Of a DNA stretch of 64,000 nt, positions 10,082 through 18,792 are shown piece after piece. The DNA lies in NCBI GenBank assembly GCA_020886235.1, contig AP025250.1, positions 1,054,715-1,118,714 of the forward strand, in the 5' to 3' direction. Source of the stretch: Candidatus Dependentiae bacterium Noda2021. Its GTDB lineage: Bacteria; Babelota; Babeliae; Babelales; Vermiphilaceae. The first letter of the stretch is position 1. Every line of letters starts with the position of its first letter. The notes under the pieces are model-generated. The model was given only the letters and a program-made list of their open reading frames with translations. It was not told the DNA's origin and searched no databases. Position numbers and translations under genes: made by a program.

Positions 10082-11824
10082 CTATTTATTTTTTTCTACA
10101 GCAGGAGCACTTAACGGAGGAAATGCTAAGTCATAATAACCGTTAGATGCAGGCGCAAAATGCCCGTTTTCATAAAACCCCTTTATAAGTTGACTGCCAA
10201 GCTGTGGCTCAAAAAAGCGGTGGTAAATATGACCGGTAGCACTATCCCGTAGGTAGGTAAAAATGCCAGTTATTTCTTTTGCATTTTTATCAGTAATACC
10301 GCCAGGAATTGTGTATAAGATATCCTGTTGATGTGCCGTGCGCCTACTTGGCGTCTCTGTTTGAGTAGCATAATCAGGGATAAATCTATCTACTAACGTG
10401 CTAAATGCGTGCAACAAAACCGGATCATACCCTGCTGTAGCCGTTAATGTGTGCTTACGGCTGCCTGGTACCAAATAACCTTGGTTGGCTTTTGCCAACT
10501 CGGGAGACTCAAACCATTCAACAATATTTTTGGTGTATGTAATTTCCGGCGCACTCAATTTTTTTTCAGTCGATTTAATCAACGTCAATTGAGCATGGTT
10601 AACCGCATCGTTAATAATTAATTTATTACTTTGCTCATTTTTAAAAGCTTGACTACCATAACTATCTGTTGCAAAAGGTTTTGCTTGAGGAGTTTTTACT
10701 TGATGTGCAGCCTCACGTTCTTTTGCCAGAGTTTTGATGCGTTCATTAATCAATGTGTTTATGAAGGCGTGATGACTTTGCAATTTGAGATACGTTTTAG
10801 CAAGAACAATAGGCGTTAATGTATCAGGCAACGCACGTGCAACACCCGGCAAGCTCAGTGATTTGTTTGTTTGAATATGTTTAACTATAATTTTTTTAAA
10901 TTCATTTGTTGTTTTAGTTTCTGTTATCAATGCATTTAGCAAGGCCATTACAGAATTATACAAATCTATATATTGGGATTCGATTTGCTGATAGCCAATG
11001 CAGAGCTGACGATTGTTTATCGCATCAGTAAGCAATTGTGAGTCTTTCAAATCTTGAAATTCTGTGTTTTTAAATTGTTTGTCGTTATTAGCCGCCCAGC
11101 GGAGAATAAATGGAACTAATCCAAACTGAACATTTTGGAAAATATCCGCGCTCACAAAGTTATAATAATTATCTTGGGCAATTTGATCATAATTTTTTGT
11201 GTAGGTCAGATGCGCCTCATCAACTAAATATTGCGCAAGTTCCCTACTATTTGGATCTTGGCTTGCACCCACTTTAATTGCAACACTAAATTTAGTCTCA
11301 GGAGTTGAGTTAATTTTAGTATCATTAAATAGATCATCTGCCGTATTAATACTCTTAATTGCTTCTTCAAGATCTGCAACAGTCATATTTTCTTTATAAA
11401 ATCCATACCATTTGCCATCTTTGATTACAAATTTGAATTCATCTGATTGAGGAGGATTACCCATATATCTTTTTAAAAACATGTAGGTTTTAAGATCCAC
11501 GCTACTCATAAATTTATGCTGGACGTACAACGAAAGCGCCATATTTTTTACTTTTGGCAAAAGCTGTTCTGATGATTTAATGTTAAACGATTGTAAAATA
11601 CCAGATCTCATTCTAGCCTGATCGTGCACAGGATATGTTTTTAAAGCAGATGATACGTCATCAAGCCATGAACGAAAACCAGGTGTCATTTCTATTTCTC
11701 TAAATTCAGGTTCTTTGACAATGTCAACTACATGCTCTTGGTTAGGAATATTTTTTTCCATACCTAACAAATTAAAACTGACTGTAGTACAAAGAACAAA
11801 AACAAACAGATTCATAGTATCCAA
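10082..11824 (-). CDS. Secreted hypothetical protein, long paralogue with the same C-terminal domain
   Basis: 580 aa. Signal-like N-terminus MDTMNLFVFVLCTTVSFNLLG. C-terminal QGYLVPGSRKHTLT..DPVLLHAFSTLVD..GIFTYLRDSATGHIYHRFFEPQ matches 9371..9967. I recognise no known domain. Confidence 0.5.
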   Translation of the reverse strand: MDTMNLFVFVLCTTVSFNLLGMEKNIPNQEHVVDIVKEPEFREIEMTPGFRSWLDDVSSALKTYPVHDQARMRSGILQSFNIKSSEQLLPKVKNMALSLYVQHKFMSSVDLKTYMFLKRYMGNPPQSDEFKFVIKDGKWYGFYKENMTVADLEEAIKSINTADDLFNDTKINSTPETKFSVAIKVGASQDPNSRELAQYLVDEAHLTYTKNYDQIAQDNYYNFVSADIFQNVQFGLVPFILRWAANNDKQFKNTEFQDLKDSQLLTDAINNRQLCIGYQQIESQYIDLYNSVMALLNALITETKTTNEFKKIIVKHIQTNKSLSLPGVARALPDTLTPIVLAKTYLKLQSHHAFINTLINERIKTLAKEREAAHQVKTPQAKPFATDSYGSQAFKNEQSNKLIINDAVNHAQLTLIKSTEKKLSAPEITYTKNIVEWFESPELAKANQGYLVPGSRKHTLTATAGYDPVLLHAFSTLVDRFIPDYATQTETPSRRTAHQQDILYTIPGGITDKNAKEITGIFTYLRDSATGHIYHRFFEPQLGSQLIKGFYENGHFAPASNGYYDLAFPPLSAPAVEKNK

Positions 11825-11965
11825 TTAGATATATTTGCAACGTAAGATTTTGCCACAACATAAAATATAAATTGTAACTTTTTCTAATAGAAAAGGCGAT
11901 GCATTTTGTACTACAAAAAAACCCCGTAGAATACTCTACGGGGTACTGTTTGCTGACAAACTACG

Positions 11966-13078
11966 TTATGCCAATTCTACATCCATTGGGGTGCAGTCTG
12001 TGCATTTTTCAAAATAAAAATTATGCCATTCTTGGTCATACCCTTTAAAGCCATGCTTGGTCATAACATCATGTAGAATATGGCGATTTCTTTGAGCCAT
12101 CATTGAACAATCAGTGCTGTCACAATGAGCGCGAGCGCTAAACTCGTTAAAGTCTGATGGCATCTCACAATCTTCGCCGGTCATTAAATCAACCATAGTT
12201 ACGTTAACCGCAAGACCACAGCTATGATAATCAGCGTGCGCAGGATTCACCATATAGCACTCATTGGGACATGCTTTCCATAATTTTTGCTGCATTGACA
12301 TGGGACGATACGCATCCCATACTTTTAAGCATAATCCCATCATTTCTAATTCTTTTTGTACTGCATCTAATGCCATTGCAACTTCTGTGCGCACAAAGCA
12401 TTTGTCACCACACATAGCTTGTTTCATGCAATTGTTATCAGATGCATAACGCATTTCGCACATTATTGCAGGATTAACTTCATTTACTTCCATCATGTCA
12501 TAATCGCGGCAGCAGCTGTTTGTGTAACAAGGACGTGGCGCAGTAAAACATGGGTTACAACAACTTGGGCGTGGTTTGCAACAGCCTTTATCAACCATTT
12601 CTTCTTGTGCCATTTCCATGTCGCCTTGACCTTCTCTGCAGCAGTTATTGGTATAGCAAGGACGTGGTGCGGTGAAGCATGGATTGCAGCAACTTGGACG
12701 AGGCTTGCAGCAGCCTTTATCGGTCATTTCTTCTTGTGCCGTTTCCATGTCGCCTTGACCTTCTCTGCAGCAGCTGTTGGTGTAGCAAGGACGTGGGGCA
12801 GTAGAGCATGGATTGCAGCAACTTGGACGGGGCTTGCAGCAACCTTTGTCTGTCATTTCTTCTTGTGCCATTTCCATTTCGCCTTGACCATCTCTGCAGC
12901 AGTTATTCGTGTAGCAAGGACGTGGTGCGGTAAAGCATGGATTACAGCAACTTGGACGAGGCTTGCAGCAACCTTTGTCTGTCATTTCTTCTTGCATTGC
13001 ATCTTGTGCGTGCACCAATGATTGGTTGTGCAAGCACATAACACCCAACAAAATGTAAATGCTTAATCGTTTTGTCAT
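11966..13078 (-). CDS. Secreted protein: four Cys-rich tandem repeats fused to a VanX-like (peptidase M15D, D-Ala-D-Ala dipeptidase family) domain
   Basis: Signal peptide MTKRLSIYILLGVMCLHNQSLVHA. Four repeats of ~41 aa (QEEMTDKGCCKPRPSCCNPCFTAPRPCYTNNCCRDGQGEMEMA). The C-terminal domain aligns to VanX: LKVWDAYRP (VanX LLLWDGYRP), HADYHSCGLAVNVTMVDLMTGE (VanX SSHSRGSAIDLTLYRLDTGE), GYDQEWHNFYF (VanX SLEWWHYVL). Confidence 0.7.
   Translation of the reverse strand: MTKRLSIYILLGVMCLHNQSLVHAQDAMQEEMTDKGCCKPRPSCCNPCFTAPRPCYTNNCCRDGQGEMEMAQEEMTDKGCCKPRPSCCNPCSTAPRPCYTNSCCREGQGDMETAQEEMTDKGCCKPRPSCCNPCFTAPRPCYTNNCCREGQGDMEMAQEEMVDKGCCKPRPSCCNPCFTAPRPCYTNSCCRDYDMMEVNEVNPAIMCEMRYASDNNCMKQAMCGDKCFVRTEVAMALDAVQKELEMMGLCLKVWDAYRPMSMQQKLWKACPNECYMVNPAHADYHSCGLAVNVTMVDLMTGEDCEMPSDFNEFSARAHCDSTDCSMMAQRNRHILHDVMTKHGFKGYDQEWHNFYFEKCTDCTPMDVELA
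12515..12997. repeat. Four near-identical direct tandem repeats, ~123 nt, in-frame coding repeats inside CDS 11966..13078
   Basis: The DNA unit ...cagcagttattggtatagcaaggacgtggtgcggtgaagcatggattgcagcaacttggacgaggcttgcagcagcctttatcggtcatttcttcttgtgcc... recurs four times with a few substitutions. Confidence 0.8.
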
Positions 13079-13190
13079 GACACTCCTTTAATAAGGGTTT
13101 TAAATTTCTACTATGCACCATAATACGCGAAGTGTGCATGATTCAATCAATTCTTTTTTTATGAATTATAAACGTGTAACAATGCATACT

Positions 13191-13556
13191 ATGAAGTTAC
13201 GCAATAATCAAAAAGACGGATTTACTCTTATAGAGTGCTTATTAGTAATTAGCTTACTGAGCGGACTGAGCATGTTGGTTTTTTCTAGTTTTGAATGGTA
13301 TGAAAAACAACTAGAATTAATAGAGGTAGAACAACTTTATTTATCCTGCATGCACATGCAGCAACATGCTCAATTGACCAATTGCAGTCAAGAGCTTAAG
13401 ATAGATAACATCTGTCACTGTTATAATTTTTTACACAATTTCAAATCGCTGCAAAAACTCACATTTGGATCGTTTAACAATAACCCCGCATACGCGATGG
13501 GATGCCGAGCACATTCAAACATAATACCATTATTTTTTATCCAACCGGCATTGTAA
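13191..13556 (+). CDS. Prepilin-type N-terminal cleavage/methylation domain protein (type IV pilin or T2SS pseudopilin)
   Basis: The track ORF is 13113..13556. Start at Met 13191 gives the leader MKLRNNQKDG followed by FTLIECLLVISLLSGL, the classic G|FTLIE prepilin peptidase site with Glu+5. Confidence 0.7.
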   Translation: MKLRNNQKDGFTLIECLLVISLLSGLSMLVFSSFEWYEKQLELIEVEQLYLSCMHMQQHAQLTNCSQELKIDNICHCYNFLHNFKSLQKLTFGSFNNNPAYAMGCRAHSNIIPLFFIQPAL

Positions 13557-13705
13557 GCGCGGGTACTGTGTATCTTACTAGCTCAAAAAAAACACGAATG
13601 TATGCCATTTCTTCCTCGGTTTCATCCGTTTCTTTTTTACGCAAATACCAGTATGATGGAGGCTGGAAACCATATTCTTAATAGCTTTACTGTGCGCTGT
13701 AACGT

Positions 13706-16423
13706 ATGATCAAAAAAATTTTATTGGGTTTATTTTTAGGAGTGATAGCCACTATAGTATCTCTCCAATACAATGAATCGGTACAAGCGACAATAAGTAC
13801 AGAATTTAAAAAAGCATTTGAAGAAGCACTGGATTGTACCGTCACTTTTACCTTAAAGCGCGTTAATTTTTTCTTTCCGTGCTTGGAACTGGAACATGTC
13901 ACCGTTACGCCAAAATCAGGCAATGCATGGGGCTGGCATACTGATTCTTTTAGCGCAGGATTTTCTTGGCCACATTTACTATTGAGTAAAAGTATTGATT
14001 TACGGGTTTATATTGGCACGATTCAAGCACAATCACTATACACCAACAAAACGCTTGCTATTATGCCGCACATTGAACGCATGATGAAACCAACAATGGG
14101 AGTTCCTCTTGCGCTTACTGAACTAAAGCTTCACAAGGCTTCCTTTGAATTAAAAAATGAGAATGGCTCAAATCATGCTTCAATTGGTTGGCAAAGCCAT
14201 TCAAAAAAAATGCCCGGAATATTTAAAACAATTGTTCACATTTTGCATGGTACCTGCGTAATAGATAACGCGTTGTGTCTGTCAGACTTGCAGGGCAATT
14301 TCCATTTACAATTAACTGAGCTTGCAAACAATGAACTGCAACCGACAGCACATTTTGATACCAATATTGTGTTGCACCCTAACAACCAGCCGCCGATTTT
14401 AGTAAAAACGCGTGCAATGTGGGATAAAACCAGCGGCACAGTATCTATACGAAGCTCTGATGACAGCATAACACTCTCAAATGGGCGTCTTGAAAAAATA
14501 GATGAAAACACTATTCACTCACAAGCTACGATAGCATTACAACTAGAACCGTTCTGCGATCTTGCAGCCAAAATGACCGGGATTGCTCTGCCTGCAATTA
14601 AGGGATCTGTAACCAGTACCGCCACAGGCAACGCCTTAGCTCCCTGCAGCGAATCGCACTTACATGCCAATGTAAAGAATCTTTCTATCAACGATCTAAG
14701 CATCTGTGATACGTGTACTATTACCACCGATTTGAAAAACAACGTATGGCAGGTAGCAGGTAATTTTTACCAAGGATCTCAGGTACATGTGCATACTAAC
14801 GCACAGTATGATGGGTCAACCAATACCGGATCGCTCAATATATCAAACAATAAGCCACTAGCAACAAGCAACTTTATTATTCCTCAATGTCACCTGCACG
14901 CAAATTATCACAAAGAAAATGAGACCGCTTATGGCACATACTCGTTGTATAATCTTACATCACCATCATATTCTCAAAAAACTACACACGGTTCTTACAC
15001 GCTTGATGGATACAACGTAACTACACAAGGTAACCACGCCCAAAATAGCTACGCGGCGAGCGCACAGCTGCAGCCCTTTACCATAAACCATATCGTGTAT
15101 AGCAACGCCGTAAAACCATTATTTGAATTAAAGAGCAACCCAAAAAATCGATATCATCTTAAAAGCATGATTGATCTTTCTTTGATCAAAGATTTTATTC
15201 AGCTGTCAACAGGCTTTGGGGTACAAGCAGATGGAAAATTATTGCTCGATACCCGTTTTGAAGATAGCGCAATACAGGGTCGTTGTACGTTATCTCAAGG
15301 CAACATTCGATTACCACAAACATACAATTTTATTAATGGTCTGAAAGTTCCATTCAGCATTGATCTTAAGAACAAAAAATGCATTATTTCAAATGCAGAG
15401 TGTTCAATGCACAAAGGTCTTATACAATGCAAAAAAGGCACTCTAGAATTTAATAACGCGGGCGGATGTAATTTTGCGCACATTCCTCTTCTGGTGGATT
15501 CCTGCTTACTCAACCCTACTAAAGATCTTTTTGCCATCGTATCAGGTTCTTGTTTGGGTTATTACAAAGCTGGGTGCAAGCCTCGCATACAAGGTGATTT
15601 AATTATTGAACGCGCACAGCTAAAAGAAAATTTATTTTCTCCTACTTTCCAACATGCGTTGTTTTCAAATAGCACGAGTACGCCACCTGATCTTGAATGC
15701 GATATTACCCTTCAAACACGTGACCCCATACGAATTAAAACAGCTTTTCTTGAAGCTAATGCTAAAGTTAATCTTTCGCTTAAAAATAGCGTGAGCAATC
15801 CTGAGCTGGCTGGTTCTATACAAATAGTTTCAGGTGCACTCGCATTCCCTTACAAGCCTCTGTACATAAATAAAGCAGAAATTAGTTTACAAGCCGATAA
15901 ATTGAGCGATCCCACAATAGAGATTCTTGCAAAAAATACAATTAAAAAATATCAAGTTTCTCTTTCAGTAACCGGGTCATTACAAAATCATACCGTCAAT
16001 TTAGAGTCATCCCCTTCACTGACCGAAGATCAGATAATGGCACTTTTATTAGTCGGCTCACCCAGTGAATCATTAAACATTGTAATGCCCGCATTAGTTA
16101 TGCAAAACATAAAAAATATTGTGTTTGAATCTGAGCAATCTCCGCTTAAACTCGATCAATATTTTAGACACATGCTCAAGCCGCTTAAACATATTCACTT
16201 GGTGCCTAGCTTTATTGATCAAACAGGTCGTGGCGGATTGCGCGGCGGCATAGAAATTGAAATAGGTGAGCGATGGCGCGCACTGATACAGAAAAATTTT
16301 AGCTTATCTGAAGACACGCGCTTTGAGCTTGAATACTTAGTTTCAGATGATGTAAGTGTGCGTGCAATTCGCGATGAACGACGTGATGCCAGCGCAGAAG
16401 CTGAAATTAGATGGAAGTTCTAG
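13706..16423 (+). CDS. Large N-terminally anchored protein, TamB/AsmA-like (translocation and assembly module)
   Basis: 905 aa. Single N-terminal TM MIKKILLGLFLGVIATIVSL. Long beta-rich periplasmic body. C-terminus ends ...AEAEIRWKF with an aromatic terminus, as in TamB DUF490. Gram-negative OM-biogenesis context (BamD-like upstream). Confidence 0.4.
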   Translation: MIKKILLGLFLGVIATIVSLQYNESVQATISTEFKKAFEEALDCTVTFTLKRVNFFFPCLELEHVTVTPKSGNAWGWHTDSFSAGFSWPHLLLSKSIDLRVYIGTIQAQSLYTNKTLAIMPHIERMMKPTMGVPLALTELKLHKASFELKNENGSNHASIGWQSHSKKMPGIFKTIVHILHGTCVIDNALCLSDLQGNFHLQLTELANNELQPTAHFDTNIVLHPNNQPPILVKTRAMWDKTSGTVSIRSSDDSITLSNGRLEKIDENTIHSQATIALQLEPFCDLAAKMTGIALPAIKGSVTSTATGNALAPCSESHLHANVKNLSINDLSICDTCTITTDLKNNVWQVAGNFYQGSQVHVHTNAQYDGSTNTGSLNISNNKPLATSNFIIPQCHLHANYHKENETAYGTYSLYNLTSPSYSQKTTHGSYTLDGYNVTTQGNHAQNSYAASAQLQPFTINHIVYSNAVKPLFELKSNPKNRYHLKSMIDLSLIKDFIQLSTGFGVQADGKLLLDTRFEDSAIQGRCTLSQGNIRLPQTYNFINGLKVPFSIDLKNKKCIISNAECSMHKGLIQCKKGTLEFNNAGGCNFAHIPLLVDSCLLNPTKDLFAIVSGSCLGYYKAGCKPRIQGDLIIERAQLKENLFSPTFQHALFSNSTSTPPDLECDITLQTRDPIRIKTAFLEANAKVNLSLKNSVSNPELAGSIQIVSGALAFPYKPLYINKAEISLQADKLSDPTIEILAKNTIKKYQVSLSVTGSLQNHTVNLESSPSLTEDQIMALLLVGSPSESLNIVMPALVMQNIKNIVFESEQSPLKLDQYFRHMLKPLKHIHLVPSFIDQTGRGGLRGGIEIEIGERWRALIQKNFSLSEDTRFELEYLVSDDVSVRAIRDERRDASAEAEIRWKF

Positions 16424-16465
16424 TAAGCTGGTAGCTGGCACGAAAGCAATAAAAAAGGGGGCGAA

Positions 16466-16819
16466 ATGAAACACACCAACTATGTATTATTATGTTTCTG
16501 TTTATTGAGTGGATTTTCAATATACGCAATGGAATACTCTGATGAAGAATCAGAGGAAGCACAACATTCGCTTGAAACAATCGGCGTTATCGACCCTATG
16601 GACAATGATAAAGATAGAGAGTTAATTCGCATTATTCAAACTATGTCTCCGCCTCAACAAGAAGCATTTAACAATAAAGATTATGTAACTATCCCCAAAC
16701 AACAATTCACTACCTTCTTGTTTCACATAATCCAAATGCAAAAAGATTATTATTCTTTAAAAGTTGAACAAGCATCAACCACCTTACCACCAAAATCTCC
16801 CCTGCAAGCATACAAGTAA
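16466..16819 (+). CDS. Small secreted hypothetical protein
   Basis: 117 aa. Signal peptide MKHTNYVLLCFCLLSGFSIYA. Confidence 0.4.
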   Translation: MKHTNYVLLCFCLLSGFSIYAMEYSDEESEEAQHSLETIGVIDPMDNDKDRELIRIIQTMSPPQQEAFNNKDYVTIPKQQFTTFLFHIIQMQKDYYSLKVEQASTTLPPKSPLQAYK

Positions 16820-16831
16820 AAAGGAAACGTA

Positions 16832-17566
16832 ATGTATTTTCTTCTCACTATTATTTGGCTCTTACTCGGAACCCAACAAACAATATCGGCTGAAAAAACA
16901 TGGGGCAAAACGCATTTTATTGTAAAAGACAATACACTCATTTGTCCTGCTAAAAAACCAAGTGGACAAACCGGGCCACTTAATGAATCTTGTTTGATAC
17001 ATGACGGATGCGTCAAACATGCGTTATTTTCCGCCCATGACGATATACAAAAAATGCTTATTGATTTAATTAATAAAGAACAAAAATCTATTAAAATAGC
17101 TATTTTTGCTTTTACTGATATGGAAATTGCAAAAGCACTTATGAGCGCACATGCGCGCGGTGTAAGCGTGCGTATTATATGTGATTGCTCATGCTTACGC
17201 GCAAAATTTAGCAAAATATCATTACTTCAAAAAGAAGGCATCTCCGTTTTTGTCTACACGCCAGCACAAGAACATCTGTTTATTAATGATCTGATGCATC
17301 ATAAATTTGTTATCTTTGAAAAAAATATGATGAATAAATCATTGCTCTGGACCGGCTCGTTTAACTTTACCAAATCTGCAAATACTAAAAACCAAGAAAA
17401 TGTATTGATTATTGATGATCAGTATCTCATTACGCTTTACAACGGTCATTTTGATACTCTGGCAAAAACAATTACCAAGACTCAAAAAAATATAGCGCTT
17501 GCGCAGCGTAAAGAACGAAAAGCTGCACGGGCATTAAAGCAGAGCAAAAAACAAATAATCACGTAA
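16832..17566 (+). CDS. Phospholipase D / Nuc-like single-HKD-domain protein, secreted
   Basis: Signal peptide MYFLLTIIWLLLGTQQTISA. PLD-superfamily HKD-like motif HHKFVIFEKN...LWTGSFNFT. Confidence 0.55.
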   Translation: MYFLLTIIWLLLGTQQTISAEKTWGKTHFIVKDNTLICPAKKPSGQTGPLNESCLIHDGCVKHALFSAHDDIQKMLIDLINKEQKSIKIAIFAFTDMEIAKALMSAHARGVSVRIICDCSCLRAKFSKISLLQKEGISVFVYTPAQEHLFINDLMHHKFVIFEKNMMNKSLLWTGSFNFTKSANTKNQENVLIIDDQYLITLYNGHFDTLAKTITKTQKNIALAQRKERKAARALKQSKKQIIT

Positions 17567-17689
17567 CGGTGTAGAAAAACTAGAAATGCCAAATAAGTTA
17601 AGAGAAAGAGAGTGAGGCTTCATTACTACAATTCCTTCTTAGCTCGTGGTTCAGGCTATTCATCTTTACAAAAAAAGCAAGAAGTTTTT

Positions 17690-18643
17690 TTATTTTTGCA
17701 TGCGCAATTGTGCGAGCAAATCACTAAAATCAGTGGGTAAATCCGCGGTAAATTCGTAATTCTGGCCTTCAAACTCAAATGCTAATTTATGCGCATGAAG
17801 TGCTTGTCTGTTAATAAGTTTAGACTTAGCGCCATAGACAATGTCACCAATAATAGGATGGCCTATGGCAGCGCAATGAACTCGTATTTGATGTGTTCTA
17901 CCGGTCACTGGTTTTACTTCAAGCAGCGCGCTGTCTTTAAAGTACTCTAACACTTTATAATGGGTGGTTGCCGAACGCAGCTTTAACCCTAAGGGTTCAG
18001 TTTTAAATGCTGCCATTTTTTTTCGGTCAGACATGCTGCGTGCAATCGGATAAGAAATAGTACCTTCTGGCTCGGGGTGACCTTGCACCACCGCCCAATA
18101 GGTTTTATGAATGTGCCGATCTTTAAATAATCGCCCAAACTCATTGTGTGCAAAATTAGTACGCGCAATGATGAGTAGCCCTGAAGTATCTTTATCAAGA
18201 CGATGCACAATACCCGGACGCTCAATGTAGCCGACTGACTCTAACTCTTTAAAATGAGCCAAAAGCCAATCAACTACGCTCGGCTGCCCTGCGGCAGTAG
18301 CCGGTTGATGCACCAATAGCGGCGCTGGTTTAGAGAGAATTAAAAAATGATCGGTACGCGCCAGAACTTTTATACCAAGATCGCCAACGACTTGCGCAGA
18401 GGTAGTTTCGCTTGGTGCAGCAGGAAATTGCACCGATACCACATCGCCTTCTTTGAGCAAAACGCTGGGCTTTTGCACTATTTTATCATTAATTAACACA
18501 CGCTGCTCTTCGACCATGCGCTTAAAAAAGCTTCGCGAAAATTGGGGAATATGTTCAGACAAAAATTTATCGATGCGTTCACTAACAGTCTGTTGCACAG
18601 TTATGGTAATAATACTATTTGGTTGAATGAGATTATTATCCAC
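17690..18643 (-). CDS. rluD: 23S rRNA pseudouridine synthase, RluA/RluD family
   Basis: N-terminal S4 domain. Catalytic motif HRLDKDTSGLLIIARTN. Confidence 0.85.
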   Translation of the reverse strand: MDNNLIQPNSIITITVQQTVSERIDKFLSEHIPQFSRSFFKRMVEEQRVLINDKIVQKPSVLLKEGDVVSVQFPAAPSETTSAQVVGDLGIKVLARTDHFLILSKPAPLLVHQPATAAGQPSVVDWLLAHFKELESVGYIERPGIVHRLDKDTSGLLIIARTNFAHNEFGRLFKDRHIHKTYWAVVQGHPEPEGTISYPIARSMSDRKKMAAFKTEPLGLKLRSATTHYKVLEYFKDSALLEVKPVTGRTHQIRVHCAAIGHPIIGDIVYGAKSKLINRQALHAHKLAFEFEGQNYEFTADLPTDFSDLLAQLRMQK

Positions 18644-18792
18644 AGTGACCCCATTTTATAGGTTTTATAGTCGCATTCTGGCTTAATTCATTAAGATAAA
18701 TTGTCAAATGGCAACTATACATAGACAAGCTTTTTCATATATTTTACTCTGAAAAATATAATAAGGCAAAATAGGGATCTTTAGGAGGACAC

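Noticed and set aside
12515-12997. Possible CRISPR array (regular ~123-nt repeats)
   Set aside because: The repeats are contiguous with no unique spacers. They are in-frame codons of a protein (41-aa units). This is not a CRISPR.
12419-13021. 200-aa plus-strand ORF antisense to the Cys-repeat gene
   Set aside because: It lies entirely inside the repeat array of the minus-strand gene. Tandem repeats keep antisense frames open. It is a low-complexity A/T/W/R translation with no start context.
16750-17214. 154-aa minus-strand ORF overlapping the PLD-like gene
   Set aside because: The PLD-like plus-strand gene has a signal peptide and an HKD motif. The antisense ORF has no features.
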